A stretch of 48,433 nt of DNA, taken from IMG/VR virus record IMGVR_UViG_3300033076_001576, positions 1-48,433 of that record; one strand, given 5' to 3'. Position numbers and translations under genes: made by a program. This stretch comes from a virus (lineage: Duplodnaviria; Caudoviricetes). Shown here one piece after another: positions 6,891-16,169 of the stretch (position 1 is the first letter of the stretch; each line of letters starts with the position of its first letter). The notes below the pieces were generated by a model that was given only the letters and a program-made list of their open reading frames with translations, had not been told where the DNA came from and ran no database searches.

Positions 6891-7102
6891 CGAATGCCTG
6901 CGCAAATTGCAAGTTCTGTTCTCGCGGTGACGGACAGGATTTGCTGTGTCGCCGCCTGCCTCCGCAATCCACCGTCGTCTTGCGGCCGGCGCAAACTCTC
7001 CAAGGCACCCAGCTCGTCCCGACGCCGGTGACTTCCTGGCCGCTCGTCCGCAAGGACGAATGGTGCGGGGAGTTCGAGATGCAGTTGACGCTCGCCTCGT
7101 AA
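6887..7102 (+). CDS. small Cys-rich (metal-binding) protein
   Basis: CANCKFC...CRRLPP...WPLV..DEWCGEF; AAGGAG RBS. Confidence 0.7.
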   Translation: MTNACANCKFCSRGDGQDLLCRRLPPQSTVVLRPAQTLQGTQLVPTPVTSWPLVRKDEWCGEFEMQLTLAS

Positions 7103-7177
7103 GAGCTCAGCCCCCGAACATCGCGAGTCGGTGTTTCGGGCTGCGTTCCTGCAGCGCTTCAAGCAGGAGTTTTTTCG

Positions 7178-8098
7178 ATGGCCCTTCATCGCCCACCCTT
7201 CCCTCACGTTCTCGATTCCTCTTTCATCGCCGCGTTCCGATCGTGTCCTCGCAAGGCGATGTTCGAGTACTTCCACCACTGGAAGCCGAAGACCCCCTCG
7301 GTTCACCTCCACGCCGGCGCAGCGTATGCGAAGGGGCTGGAAGTCGCCCGCACGGAGTTCTTCCTCAATGGCCGCTCGTCGCGAGACGCGATTGGCGCCG
7401 GGCTGCAAGCCTTGCTGCTGGCCTACGGAGATTTCCAGTGTCCGCCGGACTCCGCCAAGTCCCTCGAGCGCACCGCTGGCGCCTACGAGTACTACTTCTC
7501 CGTCTATCCCCTCGAGCAGGATCACGCGGTTCCAATCACCCTGCCGGGTGGCCGCCGGGGCATCGAGTTCAACTTCGTCGAGCCGATCGACGCGAAGCAC
7601 CCTGAAACGGGCGACCCACTCCTTTACTGTGGCCGCATGGACATGGTGTGCCAGTTCGCCGGCCAAGCGTTCGGCGAGGACGACAAGACGACGAGCCAAC
7701 TCGGCGCCAGCTGGCCCCGTCAATGGGATCTCCGCTCGCAGTTCACCGGCTACTGCTGGGGCGCCAAGCAGGCAGGGATGCCACTTGCCGGCTTCATCGT
7801 GCGTGGTGTGTCGATCTTGAAGTCGAAGTACGACACCCTTCAGGCGATCACGTACCGCCATCCCTGGATGATTGACGAGTGGTACGAGCAGCTCGTCACC
7901 CGCGACATCCCCTCGATGGTGAAGATGTGGGAATCGGATTCCTGGGGAGCGAACCTCGATTACAGCTGCAACGAGTACGGCGGCTGCACTTTCAAGCAAG
8001 TGTGTCTCGCGGCTCCGGCCGATCGAATGAGCTGGCTCGAGACCACCTTCGAGCGCCGCCGGTGGGACCCGGTGACGAGAGAGGAGACGAAGCTGTGA
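7178..8098 (+). CDS. PD-(D/E)XK exonuclease, Cas4/AddB-like (recombination)
   Basis: N-terminal SCPRK, LHAGAAY, GRMD...EDDKTT, QFTGY, and C-terminal C..YGGC.FKQVC (Fe-S cluster pattern). Confidence 0.85.
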   Translation: MALHRPPFPHVLDSSFIAAFRSCPRKAMFEYFHHWKPKTPSVHLHAGAAYAKGLEVARTEFFLNGRSSRDAIGAGLQALLLAYGDFQCPPDSAKSLERTAGAYEYYFSVYPLEQDHAVPITLPGGRRGIEFNFVEPIDAKHPETGDPLLYCGRMDMVCQFAGQAFGEDDKTTSQLGASWPRQWDLRSQFTGYCWGAKQAGMPLAGFIVRGVSILKSKYDTLQAITYRHPWMIDEWYEQLVTRDIPSMVKMWESDSWGANLDYSCNEYGGCTFKQVCLAAPADRMSWLETTFERRRWDPVTREETKL

Positions 8099-8451
8099 GC
8101 AAGACATTTCTGACTTCCGTTCAATCCGCTCGCTTGGTAAACCTGATCGAGGCGGAGTACTCGGCGTCGAAAGTTTCCGACGTCGGCTTCGCCAAGATCG
8201 CGACGGAGAAGCTCGGCTTCGAGGTCAACAACCGTCATGTGCAGAGTCGGCGGGTCGAGCTAGGCATCCCGCTGAATGGTCCGCCTTCCCCCGACGAGAC
8301 ACGTCTCGACCGCATCGAGCGGGATGGGGCGGCGCTGACCGAGGTTGTCGCCGAACTCACTCGCAAGCTGGACATCGTCATCAAGGTGCTCAATCTCAAG
8401 ATGCATTTCGAGGGCAGCCGGGATGGGCACGCAGCACTTCATCCTCGGTAA
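8095..8451 (+). CDS. hypothetical protein
   Basis: GTGA-coupled ORF VSKTFLTSVQ... Confidence 0.65.
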   Translation: MSKTFLTSVQSARLVNLIEAEYSASKVSDVGFAKIATEKLGFEVNNRHVQSRRVELGIPLNGPPSPDETRLDRIERDGAALTEVVAELTRKLDIVIKVLNLKMHFEGSRDGHAALHPR

Positions 8452-8758
8452 GTCCGTTTTGGGGGCTCGCAAGATACCCGACTTGCGAGTCATCCCCGGG
8501 CTCGAGGTTCGCTTCCACCACTCCTATTGCTTCTTCTGCATCAGGTGTGGAGAGATTTGGGGGCGCCTCTTGCACGACCGAGCGGAGTACACACAGTGCG
8601 TTTGCCGCCCGTGCCTTGCACACGGGGATGGGCGGTTCTCGCACGCCAGCTTTTTTCCTGGCGAGCCCGACAATTTTGAGCGCAACTGGCCGGTTGCCGC
8701 CATGCGCCATGAACTCCTCGCCGAAATCTCATTCACCGAAAGGTTGTACAAACTATGA
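8423..8758 (+). CDS. hypothetical Cys-containing protein
   Basis: FCIRCGEIW...CRPCLAHG. Confidence 0.65.
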   Translation: MGTQHFILGKSVLGARKIPDLRVIPGLEVRFHHSYCFFCIRCGEIWGRLLHDRAEYTQCVCRPCLAHGDGRFSHASFFPGEPDNFERNWPVAAMRHELLAEISFTERLYKL

Positions 8759-9597
8759 CTTCACTCACAGCGCCGAAGATCCTTCTCGAGGGTGACTCGG
8801 GCGGCGGCAAGACCTACGCCATCGGCTCGCTCGTCGATTGGGCTGCCAAGCAAACGCCGAAGGTCCAGGTCTTCGTCGTCTTCGTCGAGAACGGGCTGGA
8901 AACCCTCTTGGGTTACTGGCGTGACCGCAAGCTTCCCATCCCCGACAACCTCCATTGGCACGAAATTCCCTCGGCGGCACTCGGCCTCGAGGCGTTGATT
9001 GCCGGCGCCAAGGACGTGGGGATGCTGACCTACGAGGGGTTGACCAAGCAGATCGACCCCAACCGAGGCACGAACAATCCGGCCTACAAGTTCCTGCAGA
9101 TTTTCGCCGACTTCCCCGACGACCGAACGGGGGAGAAGTACGGCAACGTCGGCAAGTGGGGCGCGGACAAGTTCCTTTGCATCGACTCCCTCACCGAGAC
9201 GGCAGTTCTCTACGAGAAGATGTGCATCGGGAACAAGCCGGTGATGTCGCAGCCGGAGTACCTCGTGGCGCAGAACAACTTGATGAACTTCCTCCGCTAC
9301 ATGTGCGCCCCGAGCAATGCCTTCGGCTTTCTCATGACCGCTCACCTGCAGAAGCAGATGATCGAGGCCACCGGCACTGTGATGTACACGATCAAGGCGA
9401 TCGGGAAGGCAATCTCCGATGACATCCCCAAGCTGTTCTCCGAGGTAATTCTTTGTCGGAGGGAGGGGACGAGCTGGCATTGGGACACCCTGTCGCCGGG
9501 TGTGGTGACGAAGACGAGGTACCTTCCGCTGTCGCAGAAGTTGCCGCCGGACTGTGGCACGATCATGGAGAAGTGGAAGGCGAGGGCCAGCGAATGA
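8755..9597 (+). CDS. P-loop ATPase, AAA_24/Sak4-like
   Basis: Walker A GDSGGGKT, Walker B LCIDSLT, TAH, IPKLFSEV; context between exonuclease and SSB-like genes. Confidence 0.82.
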   Translation: MTSLTAPKILLEGDSGGGKTYAIGSLVDWAAKQTPKVQVFVVFVENGLETLLGYWRDRKLPIPDNLHWHEIPSAALGLEALIAGAKDVGMLTYEGLTKQIDPNRGTNNPAYKFLQIFADFPDDRTGEKYGNVGKWGADKFLCIDSLTETAVLYEKMCIGNKPVMSQPEYLVAQNNLMNFLRYMCAPSNAFGFLMTAHLQKQMIEATGTVMYTIKAIGKAISDDIPKLFSEVILCRREGTSWHWDTLSPGVVTKTRYLPLSQKLPPDCGTIMEKWKARASE

Positions 9598-9821
9598 CCA
9601 AGGTTTTGATCGGCGACGCTTGTGCCTATATCGGGCCCAAGAAGTACCAAAAGATCGGCGTCGCTTTCCGCGACGAACAGGGAAGAATCTGCGTCAAAAT
9701 CGACGTGTTGCCGCTTCCGAATTCCGGCTGGGAAGGTTGGATCAATGTGTTCGAGAAAAAGGATAAGTTGGCGACTTCGGCTCGGCCAGAAGGAATTCAT
9801 GATGACGACATCCCTTTCTGA
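9594..9821 (+). CDS. small protein with SSB-type C-terminus (DDDIPF)
   Basis: 75 aa beta-rich ORF ending in IHDDDIPF. Confidence 0.7.
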   Translation: MTKVLIGDACAYIGPKKYQKIGVAFRDEQGRICVKIDVLPLPNSGWEGWINVFEKKDKLATSARPEGIHDDDIPF

Positions 9822-10077
9822 TCGAGACCTCGGGCCGCTGCCGGAGCCGGCTCGCACGGTCGATATCTTCGGCCACGACTGCCCGCTATTCACGCGAGAG
9901 CAGATGCGCGCCGAGCGCACCCGCGCCTACGACCTGGGCCGCGCATCGCGCGACGCGGAGGTGGAGAGGCTGCGAGAGGCGCTGCGCGAACTGCTTGACC
10001 CGGCCATAAACGAAGATGGCGAGTGGTATCGGCAGGCGCGCGCAATCGCCCGCGAGGCACTGAAGGAGAAGCCGTGA
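9799..10077 (+). CDS. hypothetical protein
   Basis: AAGGAA RBS; PLPEP...FTREQMRA...AEVERLREAL. Confidence 0.65.
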   Translation: MMTTSLSDRDLGPLPEPARTVDIFGHDCPLFTREQMRAERTRAYDLGRASRDAEVERLREALRELLDPAINEDGEWYRQARAIAREALKEKP

Positions 10078-10457
10078 ACCTCACCAACCTGCCCCGCGTG
10101 GGCGAGCCGCTCGAGGGCGGCACCTTCGCCGGCATCATCACCGGCCGCGACGGCGCGCACAGCGCCGTCGTGCTGCTTGACGACAAGCCGGCGGACCGCG
10201 TGACCTGGCAGCAGGCCATGGAGTGGGCCGCGAGCTTGCACGCCGAACTGCCGACGAGGCCGGTGGCGGCGCTGCTGTACGCCAACCTGCGCGCTCGCTT
10301 CGAGGAGGCGTGGCACTGGACCTCGGAGGATGTCGAAGGCTACGGCTCGCACGCCTGGCTCCAGCACTTCCACGACGGCAACCAGTACAACTACCGCAAG
10401 GGCTACGAGGGCCGAGCCCGAGCGGTGCGGCTGATCCCGCTGGAGCCCGCCCCATGA
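10074..10457 (+). CDS. DUF1566/Lcl-like (C-type lectin fold) protein
   Basis: GEPLEGGTFAGI...TWQQAMEWA...LPTR...WHWTS...AWLQHF.DG.Q...K.....RAVR; AAGGAG RBS. Confidence 0.8.
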   Translation: MNLTNLPRVGEPLEGGTFAGIITGRDGAHSAVVLLDDKPADRVTWQQAMEWAASLHAELPTRPVAALLYANLRARFEEAWHWTSEDVEGYGSHAWLQHFHDGNQYNYRKGYEGRARAVRLIPLEPAP

Positions 10458-10822
10458 CCGACGAGAAGATGCGCCTGGACCCTGACTCGTGGGAGGCCAG
10501 CGCTCAATACCTCCTAGAGTCGTGCCCATTCACCGTGTGGCAGCGCCCTGGCGGCGGAGATGTTGACCTCATCGCAACGCTCGTGGTGACTTTCCGGGGC
10601 ATGCAAATGCGGCTCGAAGGCCACCCGATGTTTGGCGCCCGCGCCACCGAGGCTCAGATTGCATCCGCTCGCGCAGAGGAGCGGGAGCGGTGCGCCGCCC
10701 TCCTCAACGCCAGAGCAGCCGACTACCGCGCCTCAGCTCTGCTTATGCGCCCACCCGCCGAACGCTTCAATGCGTACGCGACGGCGCTCAACGAAGCCGC
10801 CGACGCCATCCGCAAGGGGTAG
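10454..10822 (+). CDS. hypothetical protein
   Basis: ATGA coupling; ERERCA...ADAIR tail common in phage ORFs. Confidence 0.65.
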   Translation: MTDEKMRLDPDSWEASAQYLLESCPFTVWQRPGGGDVDLIATLVVTFRGMQMRLEGHPMFGARATEAQIASARAEERERCAALLNARAADYRASALLMRPPAERFNAYATALNEAADAIRKG

Positions 10823-10823
10823 C

Positions 10824-11045
10824 ATGTCTTCTCCTCTCTCCCTCCTCCGCTGGTGGGCCGCCGTCTCAGCCGCCCGCCTCCGCAAACCTGCGGAGGTTGT
10901 CCTCCGTTCCTCTCTCGGCGGCCACACCTTTGAGGTCACCGCCGGCGACCTCACCGCCATCTGCCGAATCATCGAATCTTGCGTGCCGCCGGGCCACGCA
11001 GGCTCTGAGCAATCCTGCCCGGAATCTCTTAACCGAAAGGTGTAA
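10824..11045 (+). CDS. hypothetical protein
   Basis: ATG just after the previous stop; AAGGGG upstream. Confidence 0.45.
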   Translation: MSSPLSLLRWWAAVSAARLRKPAEVVLRSSLGGHTFEVTAGDLTAICRIIESCVPPGHAGSEQSCPESLNRKV

Positions 11046-11053
11046 CAACCATC

Positions 11054-11524
11054 ATGGACTTCGATCCGCAAGCATACCTCGACGCACCCACCACCCAAGC
11101 CTCCGAACGCCGTCCGCCGGTTCCTGCCGGCGACTACGTCGCTTCCATCACCGACCTCACGGTCGAGCCGTGGACCTCCAAGGACAAGGTCGATCCGATC
11201 ACTGGGCAGCTGAAGTCCGGCATTCGCTTCGACATCTCGATGAAAATCGAGCTGCCCGAGGCGATCGCCGAAGTCTGCAAGATCCCCGCGCTGACCCTCA
11301 AGGACGGCGTGCTGGTTGACCGGACTACGGAAGGTGCCATCGACTACTCGCCGGGGAAGAACTCCCGCCTGCGGCAGTATCGTGAGGCGACCGGCCTGAA
11401 TGTGCCGGGGGAAACCTTCTCTCCCCGCATGCTCATCGGCCGGCTCGTCAAGGTCCGGCTGACGCACGAGGAGTACCAGGGCAACCTGCAGGAACGGGCC
11501 GGCGCACTGTCGAAGGTGAGCTGA
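11054..11524 (+). CDS. DUF669-like single-stranded DNA-binding protein
   Basis: PVPAGDYVASI...RLRQYREATG...LIGRLVKVRLTHEEYQG; context with Sak4-like ATPase. Confidence 0.72.
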   Translation: MDFDPQAYLDAPTTQASERRPPVPAGDYVASITDLTVEPWTSKDKVDPITGQLKSGIRFDISMKIELPEAIAEVCKIPALTLKDGVLVDRTTEGAIDYSPGKNSRLRQYREATGLNVPGETFSPRMLIGRLVKVRLTHEEYQGNLQERAGALSKVS

Positions 11525-11530
11525 TCGAGT

Positions 11531-11557
11531 GGGAGGGCTTCGGCCCTCCCCTTTTTT
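11531..11557 (+). terminator. Rho-independent terminator
   Basis: GGGAGGGC-TTCG-GCCCTCCC-C-TTTTTT. Confidence 0.9.
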
Positions 11558-11570
11558 AACCAAGGAAATC

Positions 11571-12938
11571 ATGAAGATCCTGGACATCAACGAAATCGTT
11601 GTGCCGCCGAACCGGCAGCGAAAAAAGTTCGACCCGCAACGCATCGCGGACTTGCGAGTCTCGATCACGGAGACCGCCTACGGCTTGCAGAATGCCGTCG
11701 TGATCAGGAGAAGCGAGAACGATCTTCCCCTTCTGGTTTCCGGCGAACGGCGGTTGCGGGCCGCCCAGGAAGCATTCGAACTCGGGATACCGCTGAGGCA
11801 CGCCGGGGAAGTTCTTCCCGTCGGCAAGATCCCGGTGGTTGACGTGGCCGACCTCGACCCCATCGACGCGTTCGAGGCGGAACTCGAGGAGAACATCAAC
11901 CGAGAAGACCTCACCATGATCGAGCAGGCGCAGGCGACTGCGCAGCTGCTCGAGCTCAGGACGAAGCAGGCGGAAAGAGACGGCAAGCCAGCGCCAAAGG
12001 CAATCGACATCGCTGCGGAGCTGGCGGACATCGAGAAGCCAAACAGCCGTGAAACCTGGAAGGAGGCGGCCGCCGCCCACACGAAGGTTCGGGATCAGCT
12101 GATCGTCGCCCGGCACGCCGAAGACCCCGAGGTTCGCAAGGCAACCTCCCTCAAGGAGGCGGTCAAGATTATCAAGAAGAAAGAGGATGACAAGCGCAAC
12201 GTCGCGCTGGCGGCAACTCACGGCGCCATCTTCAAGTCGTCTTCCCATCAGCTCTTCAATGCGGACTGCCTGGCCTGGTTGGAAGCAGCGCCGGCGGCCA
12301 CCTTCAACCTCGTAATCACGGACCCTCCCTACGGAATCAACGCTCACGAGTTCAACGACTCCGGAGTCGGCACCTCGGCCGACGCCCACTTCTACGATGA
12401 CTCTCCCGAGTCCTGGTCCGCGCTCATGCAGGTGCTCCCCGCGGCACTCTTTCGTGTCACTGCGGACGAAGCTCACGCCTATCTTTTCTGCGACGTTGAT
12501 CGCTTTCCCGAACTGCGCCTTCGGATGTCCGAGGCGGGATGGAAGGTTCATCGCACTCCGCTGATCTGGCACAACCCCGATGGCTTCCGGGCGCCGTGGC
12601 CTGAGCACGGGCCGCAGCGGAAGTACGAGATGATCCTTTACGCCAGGAAGGGGGACAGGAAAACCAACAAGCTTCTCGGAGACGTGATCGAGTGCAGGAA
12701 GGATTCCGCTCTCGGTCACCCCGCGCAGAAGCCAGTGGCCTTGATCGAGAACCTGCTCATGCGGAGCGCCCGCCCAGGGGATAAGGTGATTGATCCCTTT
12801 GCCGGCAGCGGGGCCACAATCGAAGCCTGCAACAATCACAAGCTCGCCTGCACCGCCATCGAAAAGGATGCGGGCGCTTACGCAATCTCGCTGAAGCGTC
12901 TCAAGGCGCTCAGCGCTTTTGACGAGGGACTGTTCTGA
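11571..12938 (+). CDS. ParB-like N-terminal domain fused to an N6A/N4C DNA methyltransferase (beta-type motif order)
   Basis: RQRKKFD...LVSGERRLRA...ELEENINREDL (ParB); ITDPPYG, HPAQKP, DPFAGSG (MTase). Confidence 0.88.
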   Translation: MKILDINEIVVPPNRQRKKFDPQRIADLRVSITETAYGLQNAVVIRRSENDLPLLVSGERRLRAAQEAFELGIPLRHAGEVLPVGKIPVVDVADLDPIDAFEAELEENINREDLTMIEQAQATAQLLELRTKQAERDGKPAPKAIDIAAELADIEKPNSRETWKEAAAAHTKVRDQLIVARHAEDPEVRKATSLKEAVKIIKKKEDDKRNVALAATHGAIFKSSSHQLFNADCLAWLEAAPAATFNLVITDPPYGINAHEFNDSGVGTSADAHFYDDSPESWSALMQVLPAALFRVTADEAHAYLFCDVDRFPELRLRMSEAGWKVHRTPLIWHNPDGFRAPWPEHGPQRKYEMILYARKGDRKTNKLLGDVIECRKDSALGHPAQKPVALIENLLMRSARPGDKVIDPFAGSGATIEACNNHKLACTAIEKDAGAYAISLKRLKALSAFDEGLF

Positions 12939-13627
12939 TGACCTCCGTTCTTATCCTCGACACCGAAACCACCGACATCGACGGGGAGGTGATCGAACTC
13001 GCCTATGTTGCCGCCGAGGGGCTTCCCACCCGCGAAACCACCTTTGCTGGAAAGACCAAGCGCTTCACGCCGTCAGTCCCCATCAAGTTCGGTGCGATGG
13101 CAACCCACCACATTCTGCCGGAGGAGGTCGTCGGCTTTGCCCCCAGCTCGGAAGCGCCAAAGGAACTTCCCTCCGCCGAGTACTGGATCGGCCACAATAT
13201 CGACTTCGACTGGAAGGCTCTCGGGTCGCCGCCGAAGGTTCGGCGCATCTGCACGCTCGCGCTCGCCCGGGCTGTGTGGCCCGAGACGGACTCCCACACG
13301 CTGACGGCGCTGCACTATTTCCTCTTCGGCGCAACTCCAACCACCCGGCAGATCCTCCGCAACGCTCACTCGGCCATGCACGATGTTATGCTGTGCGTGC
13401 AGCTCCTTCACCTCATCGTCGAGAAGATGGGGGTGTCGGACATCGAAGGCTTGTACGCGCTCTCCGAGGACGCGAGGATTCCTCGCAAGTGGGGGTTCGG
13501 GAAGTTCGTCGGCAAGCCAATCTCGGCGGCGGACCGGGGCTACGCGAACTGGTACCGGTCGAACTGCAAGGACAATCCGGATTATCTCTATTACTGCGAG
13601 GCGCTGCGCCGCAGCGGGCTGATGTGA
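12938..13627 (+). CDS. DEDDh 3'-5' exonuclease (exonuclease X-like)
   Basis: ILDTETT, GHNIDFD, AHSAMHDV, FGKFVG. Confidence 0.85.
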   Translation: MTSVLILDTETTDIDGEVIELAYVAAEGLPTRETTFAGKTKRFTPSVPIKFGAMATHHILPEEVVGFAPSSEAPKELPSAEYWIGHNIDFDWKALGSPPKVRRICTLALARAVWPETDSHTLTALHYFLFGATPTTRQILRNAHSAMHDVMLCVQLLHLIVEKMGVSDIEGLYALSEDARIPRKWGFGKFVGKPISAADRGYANWYRSNCKDNPDYLYYCEALRRSGLM

Positions 13628-13866
13628 GACCACCTCTTCCAGCCCCTCGAACTTTGCTGATCGACGGTCCCATCTCCATCTACGTCTACGACGCTCCGGA
13701 GGAGGAACTCCGCGCAGCACACGCCCGCCTTCTTCCACTTCTCGAACAAGCAGTTAAGGGAGCCTCGCAATGCTCGGCCACGGAAACGGACCTTCCAACG
13801 CTCGAATCGCAATCGTCGGAGAAGTCTGGGGAAACTACGAAGACCGAACCAAGGAACCCTTCATAG
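13624..13866 (+). CDS. possible small hypothetical protein
   Basis: GTGA-coupled ORF filling the gap before the polymerase; overlaps the polymerase start. Confidence 0.35.
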   Translation: MRPPLPAPRTLLIDGPISIYVYDAPEEELRAAHARLLPLLEQAVKGASQCSATETDLPTLESQSSEKSGETTKTEPRNPS

Positions 13867-16169
13867 GCCCAGCCGGCGAAGAGATGAATCGGATGCTGCA
13901 CGAGGTCGGCATCCTTCGCTCCGAATGCTGGGTCACGAATGTCGTCAACGCCAGGCCACCAAACGGAAGTGTCGAGGCGTGGATACCCAAGAAGAAGAAA
14001 GACATCAAGTCGACGTTTGTTGGGCTGCACGAGAAGCTGGTCGACCCGCTGGTTGTCGCCGGCTACAAGCAGATGATTGGGGAGCTGTCCCTCGTCAAGC
14101 CCAACATCATCGTCGCGATGGGGAACACTGCGCTGTGGGCTTTGACCGGCGCGGAGGGAGTGATGAAGTGGCGCGGCTCCCAGCTCTACACCACCGCCCC
14201 CGGTCTGCCGAAGACCAAGCTGATCCCCACCGTCCACCCGGCGGCGATCATGAGGGATTGGTCCCTTCGTGCTATCTCCCTTCACGATCTCAAGAGGGTT
14301 GCCGCCGAGCGCGCAACAGCGGAATATGCAAATGAGCCTCAGTGGAACTTCATCGTCCGCCCCGACTTCGCCACAGTCCTCGGAACTCTCCGAAGCCTCC
14401 TTGATCGACTTACTCAAGGGATTCTCTGGCTTGACTTTGACCTTGAAACCCGAGCGGGCCATATCGCTTGTGCTGGCATCTCATGGTCGAAGACTGAAGC
14501 GATCTGTATTCCCTTCATGTGTGTGGAGAGCCGCTCTGGGTACTGGCTTGCGGAAGAGGAAGCGAAAATTGTCCACACTCTCTACACTCTCCTCACGCAT
14601 CCGAACGTCCGAGTAAGGGGGCAGAACCTTCTCTACGATTGCCAGTACACGTACCGCCACTGGCACTTTGTCCCTCGTGTCGCCCAAGACACGATGATCG
14701 CTCACCACTCAACGTTCTGCGGGCTGCCGAAGTCCCTCGCCTTCCAGGCGTCGATGTATTGCGACCACTACGTTTACTGGAAGGACGACGGTAAGACCTG
14801 GGAGAAGAACGTTTCCGAGGACCAGCTCTGGCGGTACAACGCCATCGACTGTGTGAGGACTCGAGAGTGCGGAGAGGTCGAGACGAAGAACCTCGAGAAG
14901 CTCGGCCTCGTCGAGGTGGATCGGTTCCAGCAGGAGTTCTTCTGGCCCGTCCTCCAATGCATGCAGCGAGGGGTGGCAATCGACAAGAAGCTTCGGGCAG
15001 AGTTCGCTCTCACGCTCGAGGATGAAATCGCCAGACGTGAGCAGTCGTTGAAGAAGATCCTCGGCCATCCGTTGAACCCCCGCTCTTCCAAGCAGATGCA
15101 AGAGCTGTTTTACGGGGACTTGAAGTGCAAGCCGAATTGGAAGAGACAGCCTGGGATGCCGCCGTCCCTGACGTGCGATGACAAGGCCCTCGAGAAAATA
15201 GCTGTCGAGGAGCCTATCCTCCGGCCACTCATCCGGATCATTCAGGAGTACCGCAGCCTCGGCGTATTCCTTTCCACATTCGTCCTCGCCCCGTTAGACA
15301 TCGACGGCAGGATGCGAACGAGCTACAACATCTGCGGGACGGAGACGTTCCGTTTCGCCTCGTCCGAGAATGCATTCGGCAGCGGGACGAACCTTCAGAA
15401 CATCCCGAAAGGGGGTGAGGACGGGGACTCCGATTTGAAGCTTCCGAACATCCGGCGCATCTTTGTGCCTGATCCAGGCTTCACCATTTTCGACACGGAC
15501 CTTTCGAAGGCGGACCTTCGCATCGTGGCCTGGGAGGCCAATGAGCAGGAGATGAAGGCGATGCTTCGCGAGGGCCGCGACCCGTATGTCGAGACCGCAA
15601 GGGAGTTTCATCGTGACCCGACTCTTAAAAAGACTCGCGCTGACGGCAGCGAGGATCCTCGGTACAAGCAATTCAAATCCTTCTGCCACGGAACCCATTA
15701 CCTGGGAACTCCGCATGGCCTTGCCCAAAGGCTCGGCCTTACCATTCATACTGCCGAGAGGACTCAACGTTGGTACCTTGGAAAGTACCCTGCAATCCGC
15801 CGCTGGCAAGAGGACTTTAAGGATCGGGTCACCTCCCGACGCTACGTTGAGAATGTATTCGGCTACAGACGGTACTATTTTGATCGTCCTGACGATGCGA
15901 TGTTCCGAGAGGCAATTGCGTGGCTTCCTCAATCCACGGTAGCGCTTTACATCAACCGTATCTGGATGAATATCTACAAGAAGTATCCCTGGATATGGGT
16001 GCTTCTGCAGGTGCACGATTCGCTGGTGGGGCAGTTTCCGGCGTTCCGGAAAGAGGAGGCGATCGCGGCAATCCAAGAGGCGGGGAATATCGTGCTGCCT
16101 TACGAGGATCCCCTCATCATCCCGATGGGGTTGAAGACGAGTGAGACCAGCTGGGGGGAATGCGGATGA
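13770..16169 (+). CDS. Family A DNA polymerase with N-terminal uracil-DNA-glycosylase-like domain and 3'-5' exonuclease domain
   Basis: UDG family 4-like IVGE...PFIGPAG...TNVVNARPP...TVHPAAI; exo FDLET/QNLLYD/YNAID; pol TNLQNIP, DLSKADLR, KSFCHGTHY, QVHDS. Confidence 0.93.
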   Translation: MLGHGNGPSNARIAIVGEVWGNYEDRTKEPFIGPAGEEMNRMLHEVGILRSECWVTNVVNARPPNGSVEAWIPKKKKDIKSTFVGLHEKLVDPLVVAGYKQMIGELSLVKPNIIVAMGNTALWALTGAEGVMKWRGSQLYTTAPGLPKTKLIPTVHPAAIMRDWSLRAISLHDLKRVAAERATAEYANEPQWNFIVRPDFATVLGTLRSLLDRLTQGILWLDFDLETRAGHIACAGISWSKTEAICIPFMCVESRSGYWLAEEEAKIVHTLYTLLTHPNVRVRGQNLLYDCQYTYRHWHFVPRVAQDTMIAHHSTFCGLPKSLAFQASMYCDHYVYWKDDGKTWEKNVSEDQLWRYNAIDCVRTRECGEVETKNLEKLGLVEVDRFQQEFFWPVLQCMQRGVAIDKKLRAEFALTLEDEIARREQSLKKILGHPLNPRSSKQMQELFYGDLKCKPNWKRQPGMPPSLTCDDKALEKIAVEEPILRPLIRIIQEYRSLGVFLSTFVLAPLDIDGRMRTSYNICGTETFRFASSENAFGSGTNLQNIPKGGEDGDSDLKLPNIRRIFVPDPGFTIFDTDLSKADLRIVAWEANEQEMKAMLREGRDPYVETAREFHRDPTLKKTRADGSEDPRYKQFKSFCHGTHYLGTPHGLAQRLGLTIHTAERTQRWYLGKYPAIRRWQEDFKDRVTSRRYVENVFGYRRYYFDRPDDAMFREAIAWLPQSTVALYINRIWMNIYKKYPWIWVLLQVHDSLVGQFPAFRKEEAIAAIQEAGNIVLPYEDPLIIPMGLKTSETSWGECG

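Noticed and set aside
7178-8098. CRISPR-associated Cas4
   Set aside because: It lies in a typical phage exonuclease/Sak4-like ATPase/SSB recombination module, with no cas1, cas2 or array.
10074-10457. Diversity-generating retroelement target (CLec-like DUF1566)
   Set aside because: No reverse transcriptase and no template-repeat copy of its 3' end were seen.
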